Below, piece by piece: positions 1-12,586 of a stretch of 64,000 nucleotides of DNA (the first letter of the stretch is position 1; the number at the start of each line of letters is the position of its first letter). This DNA comes from Pocillopora damicornis (Eukaryota). The stretch spans positions 248,001 to 312,000 of the forward strand of contig NW_020845300.1 of assembly GCF_003704095.1 (NCBI RefSeq). Direction: 5' to 3'. The position numbers and the translations under genes are program-made. The notes beneath the pieces are model-generated. The model was not told the origin of the DNA. It was given only the letters and a program-made list of their open reading frames with translations, and did no database searches.

Positions 1-434
1 ATGCCCCAATAGGAGGTGCATTATGCAATAATTCATTGATAAACTGAGCTGAAGTATTTGTTAATCAAATAATACTCCATCATTACTTAAACATCAGCTT
101 GACGACAAGGTGGTTCTCGCTGAACGTGCCATCAGCCACCCTCCCCTCTCGTTCCCTCTCTCTCGGTTTCTTGCGAAATTGTTTTCACACTCCTACACCC
201 CTTTTTATTTCCTCTGCCAGCTCTGGGGCAATTTAAAGCTTCATTAGAGGGTTAGGGTAAGGGAATGGATGGGAATAAGAATGGAATGATCCTTATCAAG
301 CATTCAACAATCAAAATAAATTTAAGAGAGAGATCGGGGTTTGCAATTAGTCGTAACAATGGCTGAGTTCCGGAAGTTGTAATTTTTAGTCAATTCTTTA
401 TTGTGATGTGCTCCAGCAGACATACCACTCCTAG

Positions 435-3400
435 CTAACTATACTGCTTATAGGAGTTATAGGCTCCTGAATTGTTCAGCACATCATTTGTCATAATAAG
501 AATCGCATCACATAACTTGTCATAATCACTCAGCTCATTATAAACATGAGCAGAAATCCTAGTATGTAGTTTCCCTTGGATCAGTTTGACAGGAACCTCA
601 ATATTGAATTCATAATGAAGCTTGGCTTGCACCATTTCTGCATGAGCTTTCACAGCTTCCTCCTTTCCACCCTGTGTGACACAGTTCAGCAGTACCTCGG
701 GGAGACGAATCATCACCATTGGACCAAACATGTGGGCATGAGAGAGCAAGCCTGTGCCCCATTTCTGTGCCAGCATGGTCGCAGCTTTGTGAGCTAACGT
801 GTTGTTGAATTTGCGAATTCTCTCAGGGCTCATGGCCACCCAAAAGTCTAACACTAAGGGAAAGAACAGAGGTGGGAGGTATCTTTTTCATTTCTGTTCT
901 TGGTCAAAATGTAGATTTTATAACTGATACTGCTGTTTGGACTGTAAATCAAAGGCCATTACCACCAAAACAATTTCACATATAACCACAGTGGAAGGTT
1001 TCCATCTGGGTCTGATTCTTGCATTTTTTTTTTTTGGTTCAAAGAGGCCAAACATGCAATATTTCATTACTCTAAGATACTTCACACCACATTCCCTGGA
1101 AACACCCAACATGTAGATCACCTAAAATGAACATGTAATCTACAGAAAGAAATTATGTGTTCAACAGCCAAACCCAGGAAATACATGAACAGCACGTACT
1201 TTTTGTAAGGCAAGTAGTTTAGCACTGCATGACAATTGTTCATTGAGAACAAGAGTAATACACACAAGGTAGGAGTAGGTATGTGTCATGGAAGACTCTT
1301 TTTTGTCTCTCCCACATGATTTTTCACCCTTTGTTTGCCAGTCCAAATTGTTCACATCTTGACATGTCTCAAACATTTCTCCTCAAGCCGACTATTTCAG
1401 TGCGAATGTCTTCCTTTCTAATAACCAAATCAGTGAAAGATGGCCAGAAAGGATACGTTGGAATAATTTGGAAATGTTTCATAATAACTATGTGAATCCT
1501 AAAATAATGTATAAATTAATTGCACCTAAATTGATCATTTAATACAAAAAAATAAGTTTAATTCTGAGGTAAAAAGAAGGGCTGCAGTTAAGTTTGTTTA
1601 AAGAAAACCCATAATTTACATTGAAATTGACCAGTTACACATCATTGTTGCAATACTCCAACAGATGCTAAAAAGAACTTCTCTTATTCAAAGTAAGATT
1701 TGGAAAAAATATTTTTAACAGATAAAAATTTAAATCATTACTCTCACCAGTATTTAAAGCCAAGTAGGGACTGTAATCTCTCAAACCTGTTGAAGAAAAG
1801 AAAAAATTATGGGAAAATTTTCACCACTTTTAACTCTGAGGTGGTAGAAGTTGAGGGAATGAGAAAACACTCTGATAGTTTGACTTTTTATTTTGTTTGT
1901 GATTTCTGATTGCTTCATTTTGTTGTTTTTTTTAAGTGATAAGAGATGTTCTCCTTTTCTGCCCATGTGGGAGGCAATTTCATCACAAGGTATGCATTCT
2001 CCCTCCCACCTTACCCTAACATTTTGTCTGGTTTCTCTGACAGTTAACTGGAACACATTTTCAACTATTCTTAAGGGAATGAAACACTGAATAGCCTGGA
2101 CCTATTCATCCAGAGACAATCACTTTCAATAAAGGGATGCCACATCTCTCTCTTCCAATCCACAAGTAAAAAAAATCATGATGATGATAATTTGGGGTTT
2201 TTCAACAAAAGTTATACCTGTCCATATGAACTGTGAGTTAAATCCTGCTCCAAAACCACTTGAAACCACAAGAGGTTTGATCATTGGCTGATGCTTTTTA
2301 GAAACATGCAAGAATGCACAACCCTGCAAGAGAAGAAAGTGAATTCATTTTTTTTAAAATAACAACAGTGATAAACTGTAAGGTAAGTAAGAAGAGAAAG
2401 AGAAAGAAGAGGAGGAGATGGAAAATGTCTTAGAAAAAGACCCAGTTGGAATGGAAAGCAAAAGTATAACCAGCTAACCAACAATGAATATAAAGAGGAA
2501 GGTGACTAGGGAGACAAGAACATGGACTGTTGCAACAACTATAACAATGATGATGACAACCACATCAAAAATAATGACAGAGATGATGATGGTGACAATG
2601 AAGGATCATATCACCTAAAACAGAAGAAAAGAATGAGGCTTATGTGAATTGAGCTGGCTCATATTCACTTCTGTCTCATTATTCATATGAGGAGTCTCAC
2701 TTAACTAACCACAGATCTTGTTGCTTTATATGTAAAGAAGAGATAGCAACTTTGAAGTGTTCAGCTCTCAAGAAACCGGAAACCACTTTTTTCCTATACA
2801 GGTAGGAAAAAGCACAGCATACATTTATAACAAAGCAGACAACAAAAATACCTTGGGGTATGCAAGAATACCTTGGGGCATGCAAGCCACTTGTGTGCAT
2901 TTGCCACATAATAATCAGCCTTAAGAACACTCAAGTCTAATGGCAGGGTTCCAAGAGCATGAGCACCATCAATTAAAACTGGAACACCTTTGCTATGGCA
3001 CAGTTTCACCATTTCTTCCACCGGCATAATAACAGGATAGTTACTAGGTATATGACCGAACAAAGCCAGTCTTGTACCTGCTTCCAGGGTATCCTTTATT
3101 GTTTTTAGGATTTCCTCTTTGGTGGCAGGAAATGTGATTGTAGTTTCCTTTAAAATAACACCTGAAAGTAAATCTCTGTGGTTAGTCCATGCAGTTTGAA
3201 GAGAGTTTCTCAAAGAATCCTTTTGAACTATCACCTCCCCCTTTCCCACCCAAATCCCTCTCTTTGCAGCACCATGTTATTGGGCCCCACTCTGGTCTCT
3301 ACTTTTGTGTAAGGCATGGTGATCTGTTTCAAAGCAAGGAAATTCCCAGTCTAGTAGGGTAAGCAAGACTATGGTGCAGCGATGGTATAGCATTGCAAAT

Positions 3401-4198
3401 TTTCAGAGACAATTCGCTCTGACCAAAGCTCAACATTTGAAACATCAGCCTTAAAAACTTTTTATGGAGGCCAATTAACATTACTAACCCAGTTGATAAA
3501 ACCAGCTTCTCTGGATCTCTGAGATGGCCTTTGACACAATCAAAGAATACAGGACCAGTAAGGTCCATCTTGTCAGAATTATTATGATTCAATGAGATGA
3601 AAAAAGTAGCCCTCTGTAATTTTTCAAATATCTGTGTTCACTTACCGTAGGCGCTACTAAGATGCCTGAATAATTTCTTAACAGTATAGTAACAAGTGTT
3701 CAAGTAATACACGGTATCTCCTGGACGCCATTCGATGGATCTAATCACGGTATTGATGCCAGCAGTTGCGTTCGGTACAAGAACAACATCACGTGGTTCT
3801 GCACCAACAAACTTAGCCAATCGACGGTTGACATGGGCTAACAGTGGCAACATTTCTCTATCAAAAAATCGCACTGGCTGCTGTTCCACGTAGCACTGCC
3901 ACTTATAAGCTGTTTCCAGACCCTCTTTTAAGACACATCCAAAAGCACCGTGATTCAAGAACGTCCAGTTGTCCAGATCCAACAAGAAGTGTTTTCGCAT
4001 TTCATTCCCAAATGGGGTCGATCGGTCAAACTTGGGAAGCTCAAGGGGAAACTTTGGTGGCACGTATCTATCATCAGGAGTGCTTATAAAATTTTCAACC
4101 ATATTAAACGCCATAATTCCCTGATATTTGGGTTTCTCAAGCGCCATTTGATCAAAAGTTTTACGGAAATTTTCTTTCTGGTCATTGTGTTCCTCCAT
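435..4198 (-). CDS. Class-V PLP-dependent C-S lyase (hercynylcysteine sulfoxide lyase Egt2 / L-cysteine desulfhydrase-like), 5 exons, ~468 aa
   Basis: Exons 4198-3646, 3161-2872, 2323-2218, 1786-1748, 853-435 are all GT-AG, phase-compatible and sum to 1407 nt. Motifs: FLNHGAFG, VPNATAGIN, DGAHALG, ANAHKWL (PLP lysine), WTGLRDYS, RISAHVYN. Confidence 0.88.
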
Positions 4199-6261
4199 GT
4201 TAGAGATTGGGTAAAGTCTATGTTACAGTTGTACGCCTGGTTGCCAAGCCTTTTCACAGGAGTGAGGCAAGGGGTGACCTTGTTATGATATAAACCTTGC
4301 CTTATTATTACGCGAACTAAATGCTGGTCTCTATCACAACATGGTCACCTTCAGCCTCGCTCCAAATCAAAGGCTTTGCAACTAAGTACACAACTGTGAA
4401 ATGGCCTATTTATAGCCTAGCGTCATTTCGCCTGCTTGTCAGCTACGTTTCTTAGACACTGTACCGCTGACAATTAACCCTGAACTCAACATTCGCTTTT
4501 TTTTCTTCAAGTTTTTTTTTTATCTATTTATCAACTTGGCTAAGGTTCTACTTTAATTTTTCGACGAGTATTAAGAACAATGCAGTTAAATACAGGAGAT
4601 ATCAATTTAGTCCACGGTCTGTTTGGTCCTTGTAAGCAATGGGCTGCGGCTATATCAACCAGAGAGTTTGGTGAGATTTTTCCAGCAGCTGCCTTCGGGT
4701 AAATTCAGATATGGAAAATTGTGAAAAGAAAGTAATAGAATAACAAATGAAATAAATGATGATGATAATAATAACATAAAAAGAGAGAAAAATATCAATG
4801 ATGTCTNNNNNNNNNNNNNNNNNNNNNNNNNNNNNNNNNNNNNNNNNNNNNNNNNNNNNNNNNNNNNNNNNNNNNNNNNNNNNNNNNNNNNNNNNNNNNN
4901 NNNNNNNNNNNNNNNNNNNNNNNNNNNNNNNNNNNNNNNNNNNNNNNNNNNNNNNNNNNNNNNNNNNNNNNNNNNNNNNNNNNNNNNNNNNNNNNNNNNN
5001 NNNNNNNNNNNNNNNNNNNNNNNNNNNNNNNNNNNNNNNNNNNNNNNNNNNNNNNNNNNNNNNNNNNNNNNNNNNNNNNNNNNNNNNNNNNNNNNNNNNN
5101 NNNNNNNNNNNNNNNNNNNNNNNNNNNNNNNNNNNNNNNNNNNNNNNNNNNNNNNNNNNNNNNNNNNNNNNNNNNNNNNNNNNNNNNNNNNNNNNNNNNN
5201 NNNNNNNNNNNNNNNNNNNNNNNNNNNNNNNNNNNNNNNNNNNNNNNNNNNNNNNNNNNNNNNNNNNNNNNNNNNNNNNNNNNNNNNNNNNNNNNNNNNN
5301 NNNNNNNNNNNNNNNNNNNNNNNNNNNNNNNNNNNNNNNNNNNNNNNNTGCAATCGAGCGTTTCCGTTCATTAACAAAGGAAATGAATCATACAAAGAAC
5401 TGGTGGAGGCAACATAAAAGCAAATGTCGCAATGGCGGACGACCTCATTAGCCGGGGCTCGATAAACACTACGATTCGGACATTTTTCAAAAAGCTAACA
5501 AGTGCGTGCATTAGGAAACTGATCCTCGCCGGGTATCACGCATTTTTACCTTTGTGGACGCATTTATTATATAAAAATATTTTCTGTTGCTTTATGGTCA
5601 CTTTTCACCAAACGCGGTATTCATTTGGTGGATAAATCATCAAAGGGTTGTAACGTGCGCGGCTGTCCTGATACACGAAAGGAACATTACACATTTCCCT
5701 TTCGCGTATAAAACGTACCACCCACATATGTGTATGTTTGCACCAAAATTACATGTAAATCCTTTACCAATAGGTATAGATATACGTTATAACACTGTGA
5801 GGCAAGAGGCTTTACCGAGAATGGACACAGGGCAGTGTCTTTTGTTATTCCATACAATAACTATCAAAATTCTCTCGTGCTCGTTATCCATCTTCTTTTT
5901 TTAATAATGAGACAGACATAAACAACGTCACGCAGATCTTCCCGCAAAATTTCGTCGATATCGCATGGTAGCATTGTCAAATAAAGCAGTTAGGCATGGG
6001 TTTTTACAAAACATAAGACATCAACAGTCACTTCCAATGAAGGCTGATGCATTCACGCGCGGGAAACATTTTGTGCATCATGTATGCTCATGTGAAATGT
6101 CCTGCAGTTTTCCGTAACACTTACACAAAACATTTAGCTCTAGATGCGTGTCCGCTGAATACCATAATACTCCTCCGCTAGGCTATTCATTCTAAACATT
6201 GTTGTGAAAATCTTCGATCTAAATTCTTCTCGATAAGGTGAGAGGGAATACAATATTAAGA

Positions 6262-9200
6262 ATGAAGAAGTCTGACGTCTTTGGCTTTGGACCTTGGAAA
6301 ATAACCACCACCAAAGGAGCTATTCTTAAAGCGAATGACGCAGAGAGGTAGGGTTGTAAAACTCCTAAATCGCGTGTCTACCATGAGTCAAATTAAGTTG
6401 GGTGTAGATATAATATGTATAATATGTACTACAGTACTTATTTTTTCTAGAAATTTTTCCATATGTATTTCAGCCGGTCTCTGAACAGATATGAAAGGAT
6501 CCTACTCCCTGCTGGCTTTGTTTCTTCTATCTCAGTGGAACTTTTCGGTGTTAAACAAATCTAATCTTGGGGTTGGGTGCCTTTAAATCTAGATTATTTT
6601 TATTTCTTTGTGCTGTTATATAGAATCTCTTCTGAGCTGGAGCTTCCTTCTCTTCCTGAAATGGTGTTCGGCGACAATGTTCTGCAGATTGATCATGCTG
6701 CAGGATTTGGGATTCAATTTAATGCACTGGATGCACTAAAACTGGTAGACAATAGGCACGACTTGATGAAGGTTGCTGTTGCAGAAGAATGGCAAAGCAA
6801 AAGGTGAAGCTCATAAATAAAAATTCAGATAGTAGCTCTCACAAGTGCACTACTTTAAATGGCTAAGCATGCAAAACATTCATAGCCAGAGTTCTCCTCC
6901 AATGATTAAACACTTCAATAGTGTTTGCTTATAGAATATATATCTGTAAAGGAGTTCAACTGTATCTTCACTGTTGGGTAATTTATTTAGTGTAAATTTT
7001 TAAGATCTAGTGGGGAGTGTACTTCCCACAGGGGGTTCTACGAAGTTCTACTCTATCTAAAAGAAGTGCATTTTCCATGAATAAGGTGTAGAAAGTGAGA
7101 GAAGTTCAGATTCTTAAGGTAATCAACCACATGCAATGTAAAGAAGTGTAAGGCAAACTTAATAGCTAAGAGCTGATTCATGTAACCTATTTAGAAGTTA
7201 TTTGAGAGCAAATGTAATGAACCCTTCAACTTCCAAGATCTGATTGTTAATTCTCCCCTTTTGCTACTACACATTTCCCTATTAGTGAGTTATAAGAATC
7301 TGGTGTTAGATCAAGATAACAACTTCTTCCTGATAAGTATGAGCGTATTCTAATAACCTGTTTGCTGGATAGTGAATTGGTATTGTGGAGAGGAGTTACA
7401 TGTTAATCACTTCGAGTTAAAAGGTTAATGTTACCAAGAATTAACCAAATTGCTTTTACATATTGTGTCTCTCTTTTCGTTTTTTCACCTGAACCTCATA
7501 GGCAGGATTCAGAATATATCAAAGAGGTTATAAAACCTTTTGACTGGACATTCACAACAGATTACAAGGGTACATTGACTGGAAAAGAAGAGATTGTATT
7601 TCAGGTGTGGTTTTAAAGATAAGTAAGAGAAATTTATGCATTGTAAGGTCTTTGACTCAGCAACTGAATAATTCACTTTAGTTAATAGTTTTGAGTCATA
7701 TTTAATTTAGTATAGCATGAAATTCAGCCAGTAGAGTATATCTGTCAATCACTGATTCATTCATTTTTTAAATGTAATGATATCAATTTATTCTTCCACA
7801 TCATGTGCCATTATGAACAAATATTGCTTTACTTGTTCAACCCTTAGCACTATAACATCAGCATGCGTATTCTCTTAACTGTTCTCTATACATTTCCCAA
7901 GGTACTGACAAGGAGAATTTGTTTAACAATCAAGAACTTCTTTCAAGAGTTAGTGATCATTTCCGTTATTCTCACGACTTGATTTTTGATTCAGGGGTGC
8001 TACCGTTGGGAGAAGTTATATGCTTAATGTTCTTAGGGGTTAAAGAGTTAGTAAAAATCTTATGTTGTGTTCTCCTCACTTATTCCAGGTTGAGCCCACC
8101 AAAGAGAGAATAGATCTAGAACAGCTGAAAGTTAAAGAAAAGATATATTTCTATGAAGACATTATATTGTATGAAGATGAATTAGCAGATAACGGCATAG
8201 CAAAGTTGAATGTCAAAATGGTAAGAGAAAACAGATGCAGTTATGAATGTTTATGTGACCAATTGTAAGGACAATATGATTGAATGTGTGCAAAGCTTTT
8301 TTTCTTTTTGCATTTTTGCAGCCCAAGGTTGTCAGTGTCCTGGCAAATGAAAATCAACTCAATACCCACCTATTTTTCTAAACGAGCTTGTTCAACAAAG
8401 GATTTATTTTACAGAAAAAAAAACATATCAAAGAATTTTGAAAGAAACTCACAAAAAAACCTCAAATCTTCCAGTTGGTGGAGAAATGTGTGTCCTGTAT
8501 ACAGGCCAATTCTTTCTGGCTTGAGCTGTAACTTATGCTTAAGTTTTGTCCTATAGATTTAAAACTCTCTCTCTCTGATTGAGAGAGAAATTCATATTAT
8601 GTGATTATAGAGCCATGGGCATGCAAAGACATCTTATTCATTTCATGCATTTTTTACTTTCAGCGTGTTATGCAGGGAGGTTTCTTTCTGTTGCTGAGAT
8701 TTTTTTTGAGAGTAGATGGAGTTCTTGTTAGGATCAATGATACAAGAATTCATCACAAGGTACATAGTACTTTTTAATTAGAATGAGATTTACCACTGTA
8801 AACCTTTTTAAAGAAACTGGTCCTAAAAAATTTGAAGTCTTTTTGGCAGTCTGACATGTGTTATGGCCAAGAACACTTGGGTTGGTTTTACTGCAGGGTC
8901 CAAACAGAATTACCCAAAAGACATTTGTTCTTTTCTTTAGCAGCAGTTTATCGACTGTCTTTTGTTATCCATCTTCTAATTTATGGTCCAATTACAGGCT
9001 GGCACTTCATACATGTTAAGGGAATATTCATCCAAAGAAAGAAAAGTAGCAGACCTCTTAGAATTAAAGGTTGGTCCTCTTTATGGTACTTGAATTTTCC
9101 TCAACAAATTTTAATGTAGACAGGTTCCAGTCTAGACTGGAATCTCTCCACCTAGAAGTGAAAATGCTCAACAGCAAACTGTAATGGAAAGCTATCAATA

Positions 9201-9904
9201 TGCTAGGAGATTACTTGTAATAGACTGTTTTCCCACCATGGCTGTTGCCTCTTGTTATAAAAACCACGAAAGGAAAGATTGGGCTCACTGTGTTGTTTTC
9301 TTGGTTAAGAAATGGAGAATAAATGGCAACAAGAGAATGGGGAGCCTTGAAAATATTTTTGAGTTGCACGCATTGAGCTAACTTTTCATCCAGGAGGAGT
9401 AACAGTCCTCCTGGTTGCTTTTAGCAACAGAACCAGACTTAAGTTCCAGCAGCTATGCAGAATTTACCCATCCTCCCCATTCACATAGGATACTTTTCCT
9501 ATGCTCCAATCTCTCGCCATACACCTCAGCAAGGTATTTCAATAAAAGTGGATTACGGATGGTCTACCACCTTCCTGTGAGACCTCTTACCCACCGTCTT
9601 TTTAGCTTGCAAGAAGGCTCATATGCTTGGGTTTGGCTTTTTGGCTCCTTTTCTGGGCACAGCTGCCTATTACAACGTTGGCAGCCCAGCCGCTTATGGA
9701 AACAGTTACTGACACCTCCATTTAAGTGAATTTTTTTATATTGGCTATGAATTCTAAAGGAAGTGTTTCTGGTATTTCCAGGTTCCAATTACAGATCCGA
9801 CGCAATTAGCTGAACACTTATTTCTCCGGTACGAGACATTTGAGAAACTGTCTTTTCCCGATGGCATTGATGCATTGTTTGGTGTTGAATCCTTGGTCAG
9901 TTAA
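6262..9904 (+). CDS. TIPRL: TIP41-like protein (PP2A regulator), 7 exons, ~263 aa
   Basis: Exons 6262-6347, 6624-6803, 7502-7604, 8089-8220, 8664-8759, 8998-9069, 9782-9904 (792 nt, GT-AG, in frame). Motifs: [43 protein letters not shown]. Confidence 0.95.
7218..7428. mobile_element. piggyBac-type MITE copy (TIPRL intron 2)
   Basis: AACCCTTCAACT...GAGTTAAAAGGTTAA termini; internal similarity to 43978-44187. Confidence 0.7.
7837..8051. mobile_element. piggyBac-type MITE copy (TIPRL intron 3)
   Basis: AACCCTTAGCAC...GGTTAAAGAGTTA termini; internal CTGACAAGGAGAATTTGTTTAACAATCAAGA shared with the copies at 26097 and 30651. Confidence 0.72.
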
Positions 9905-10807
9905 AAGTCAGATGTATGGCAGGGCTATCTGAAGACTTGTAGACAAATAAAAGAAATGCTGGAATGGATTCCACTACAGGGATTGAGGAAGAATAGACAA
10001 AAAAATTTTGCTTTGATCAAGAATACGGCTCAAGGTTTACTTTCAACATTATTGTCACTGGAAACCTTCGGGAGAAAGCCATTTTTGCCATCTGACCATT
10101 GAGACTGATCTGAAGGGGAGGGAATTCTCGGCCAGACAATCACAGTGTACAGTATTTGCCCTTCTCTGTCTAGGCTATTGCAGACGATGCTGGTAGTAAT
10201 CCATAAACTGTTTCATTCGAGTTTATATTTGGCATGTCGCGCCGCAGACAGTTAGACTCAAAGAGGACGTGCCGCATAATTATGAAAAGAACTCACCCTT
10301 AAAGTCACGCAGGTTGTATACAAGCTCTATGAACAAGAGGGATTTATGAACAGGAAAAAAAATGGCTGAATTCAGCACAAGTTGCTGAGAGGCACACCCA
10401 GTGTTGCCTCTTTTTGTGGAAACTGTAAAAAAAAGCTAATTGAATAGTCAGCTGTCTTTTACACTTTGTCAATGAAATGTAATTGAAACTTGTCATAGAA
10501 CACTGTGAGTAGGTACCAGTCACGGCTGATCAATGAAGGCGAACCTCCTTAATTCATGATGCAATCAGTCAACCTCTTACAAAAAACACCATTGTGTAAT
10601 TGTCGCTTTTCGCAATTACGATTTGATCTTTTTACTGAGAAGGAGCATTCATTTTTTCGTCTTGAGAACGCACTTAGTGCTTGAAGAGAGGATTGATGCG
10701 AGATGTTTTCCAAAAATTGTTCAGACACGTGCCATTGACGTGCATCAAATGTGAAGACAGAAACAGGTCATAGTTCTTGACAATGGCTCAAAATCATCCT
10801 GCAGGTC

Positions 10808-10888
10808 ATTACAGACAAAAAAAAATTACAGACAAAAAAAAAATTACAGACAAAAAAAAATTACAGACAAAAAAAATTACAGACAAAA
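10808..10888 (+). repeat. Minisatellite, 5 copies of ATTACAGAC(A)n
   Basis: Directly visible tandem array. Confidence 0.9.
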
Positions 10889-11031
10889 CCAACATCTGGC
10901 AGCTAAGTTTGCTTTTTTTGGTAGACTATTCACTAGCTAGGGAAAGGTAAGTTTGATAATTCCTTATTATCAGGCCCTTAGGGGTGTAGGGGGCAGCAGT
11001 TGTGCAAGGGGAGAGGGAAGGGAAGAGTAGC

Positions 11032-11070
<39 letters not shown>

Positions 11071-12586
11071 NNNNNNNNNNNCGAAGTTGGATACAGCTCA
11101 TTGTATGTCTTGACAGACATCTCAACGCCTACTAGTCACAAAACGCTTTGGATTAGATAAACGATGGAATATCCCACGAGTCACTTGGACATCTTTGGTG
11201 TACCCAGAAGATTTCAGTCGAGTGTGTATTATGACTATTATGACCCCCTCTAAATGACTAGAGGGACATTCCGAAGTGTGCCTCGAAAAAGTATTTCAAA
11301 ACTGTTTTATACCATTCCAAAAAAAGATGAAATAAAACAAATGCCAACACCATCAATAAGGCATACGCGTAGATTTAATTCTGAACTAGCCCCTTACTGT
11401 ATCCTGTTTAAAACACTAAAAACACTAAAACTGAATATTCATCACATAAAAAGAAAACAGAGTGCTTAGCAAATTTTTAAGTTGTCAAGGTTGAACGCCG
11501 AGAACAAACCGGAAATGACACTAGTTTCAAAATGTAAACGGTCAAAAGATAGCAGACAACGATGGGAAGGTTGGAAGATACATCGGTGTTTCTGTATTCT
11601 GACTGGCTGCATTTTGTATGGCGTAGTAAAGAAAAGACTATTGTTAAAAAACAAAACTTCATTAAGGCTGCCTGTTGGAGATTTTGCACGAAATGCTTTT
11701 AGAAAAAATTGACCATATTTTCGCGTGTCTCGATCCTGTCGATAATGGAACTGTTTCTTTTCGCAGCGAAGGCTATAGAAACTTAATGTATCTCCAACTA
11801 CAGTGCAAAAAAAATGTTTAGCAAACGGTGGACCGACAGCGCCAGGCCCATTAAAACACGGTTGATCGAATGAAACAAGTATCTCCGATTATTAATCCAC
11901 CGAGTCCTCTATTCATCCCTATATTCACTGCCGCTTTTCGAGATTGTGATGCGAGAGTTTTCACCGCAAGATAACCCTTATTTTCGACGATGTTCACAAA
12001 AAGCCGCGAAGGTTCCAAGTCGACAAACTAGCTTAGAGCCTTGCGTACTTAAATTGCATTCGCATGTCTCCCCAACCCACGACATCAATGACTTCAATAA
12101 ACAAAAAGCTTTAAAGAGCGGCACACGTCTAGGTAATTTTGTCCACAGGGGTACATGAGACCACCTTGCCTACTGGTAGGATTGAGTCATGATACTCGTA
12201 AACATCCGGTAACAATGGACCATTAAAAACAACTCTCATTCAAGTAATTTTGCCCGTAGGAAATTTGCACGGAAGGAAAATATATTTTTCGTGTCGCCCA
12301 TGGAATTGTTTATTCTCGTAGGCGAAGTTAAAGTGATTCCTTCCCCGTTTAGTTGCAATTTCATATAATCGCCAGCTATAGGTGCAGAACTGGGTATTAA
12401 CCGGCAGTGATCATGCAATGAGCGAATGTTTTCTGTCACACTCCAAGTGGCATTTTTGACAGATTGAACAGTATATAACGTTAATGTTCTTCTATATCTG
12501 GGACATGGACCTCTTCAGACTGCTGCACAGATATTTAAATTCATTCACTCCCTCGTTGGGCCGCCGTATTTCATAAAAATTTTGCT

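Noticed and set aside
1893-2090. Plus-strand ORF with SPFLPMW resembling the missing lyase exon
   Set aside because: Wrong strand. The true exon is 1786-1748 on the minus strand.
4655-5451. Long ORFs spanning N-runs (also 36198-36386 and 38212-38591)
   Set aside because: Artefacts of translating assembly gaps.
9127-9140. GTCTAGAC Smad-type palindromes (also ~34299 and ~53107)
   Set aside because: Isolated short motifs in introns or intergenic DNA with no supporting context.
10808-10888. CRISPR-like spaced repeats
   Set aside because: The spacers are only variable A-tracts, the context is eukaryotic and there are no cas genes. It is a simple minisatellite.
11033-11070. Poly-C tract as a G-quadruplex element
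   Set aside because: It abuts an assembly gap, so its length is unreliable.
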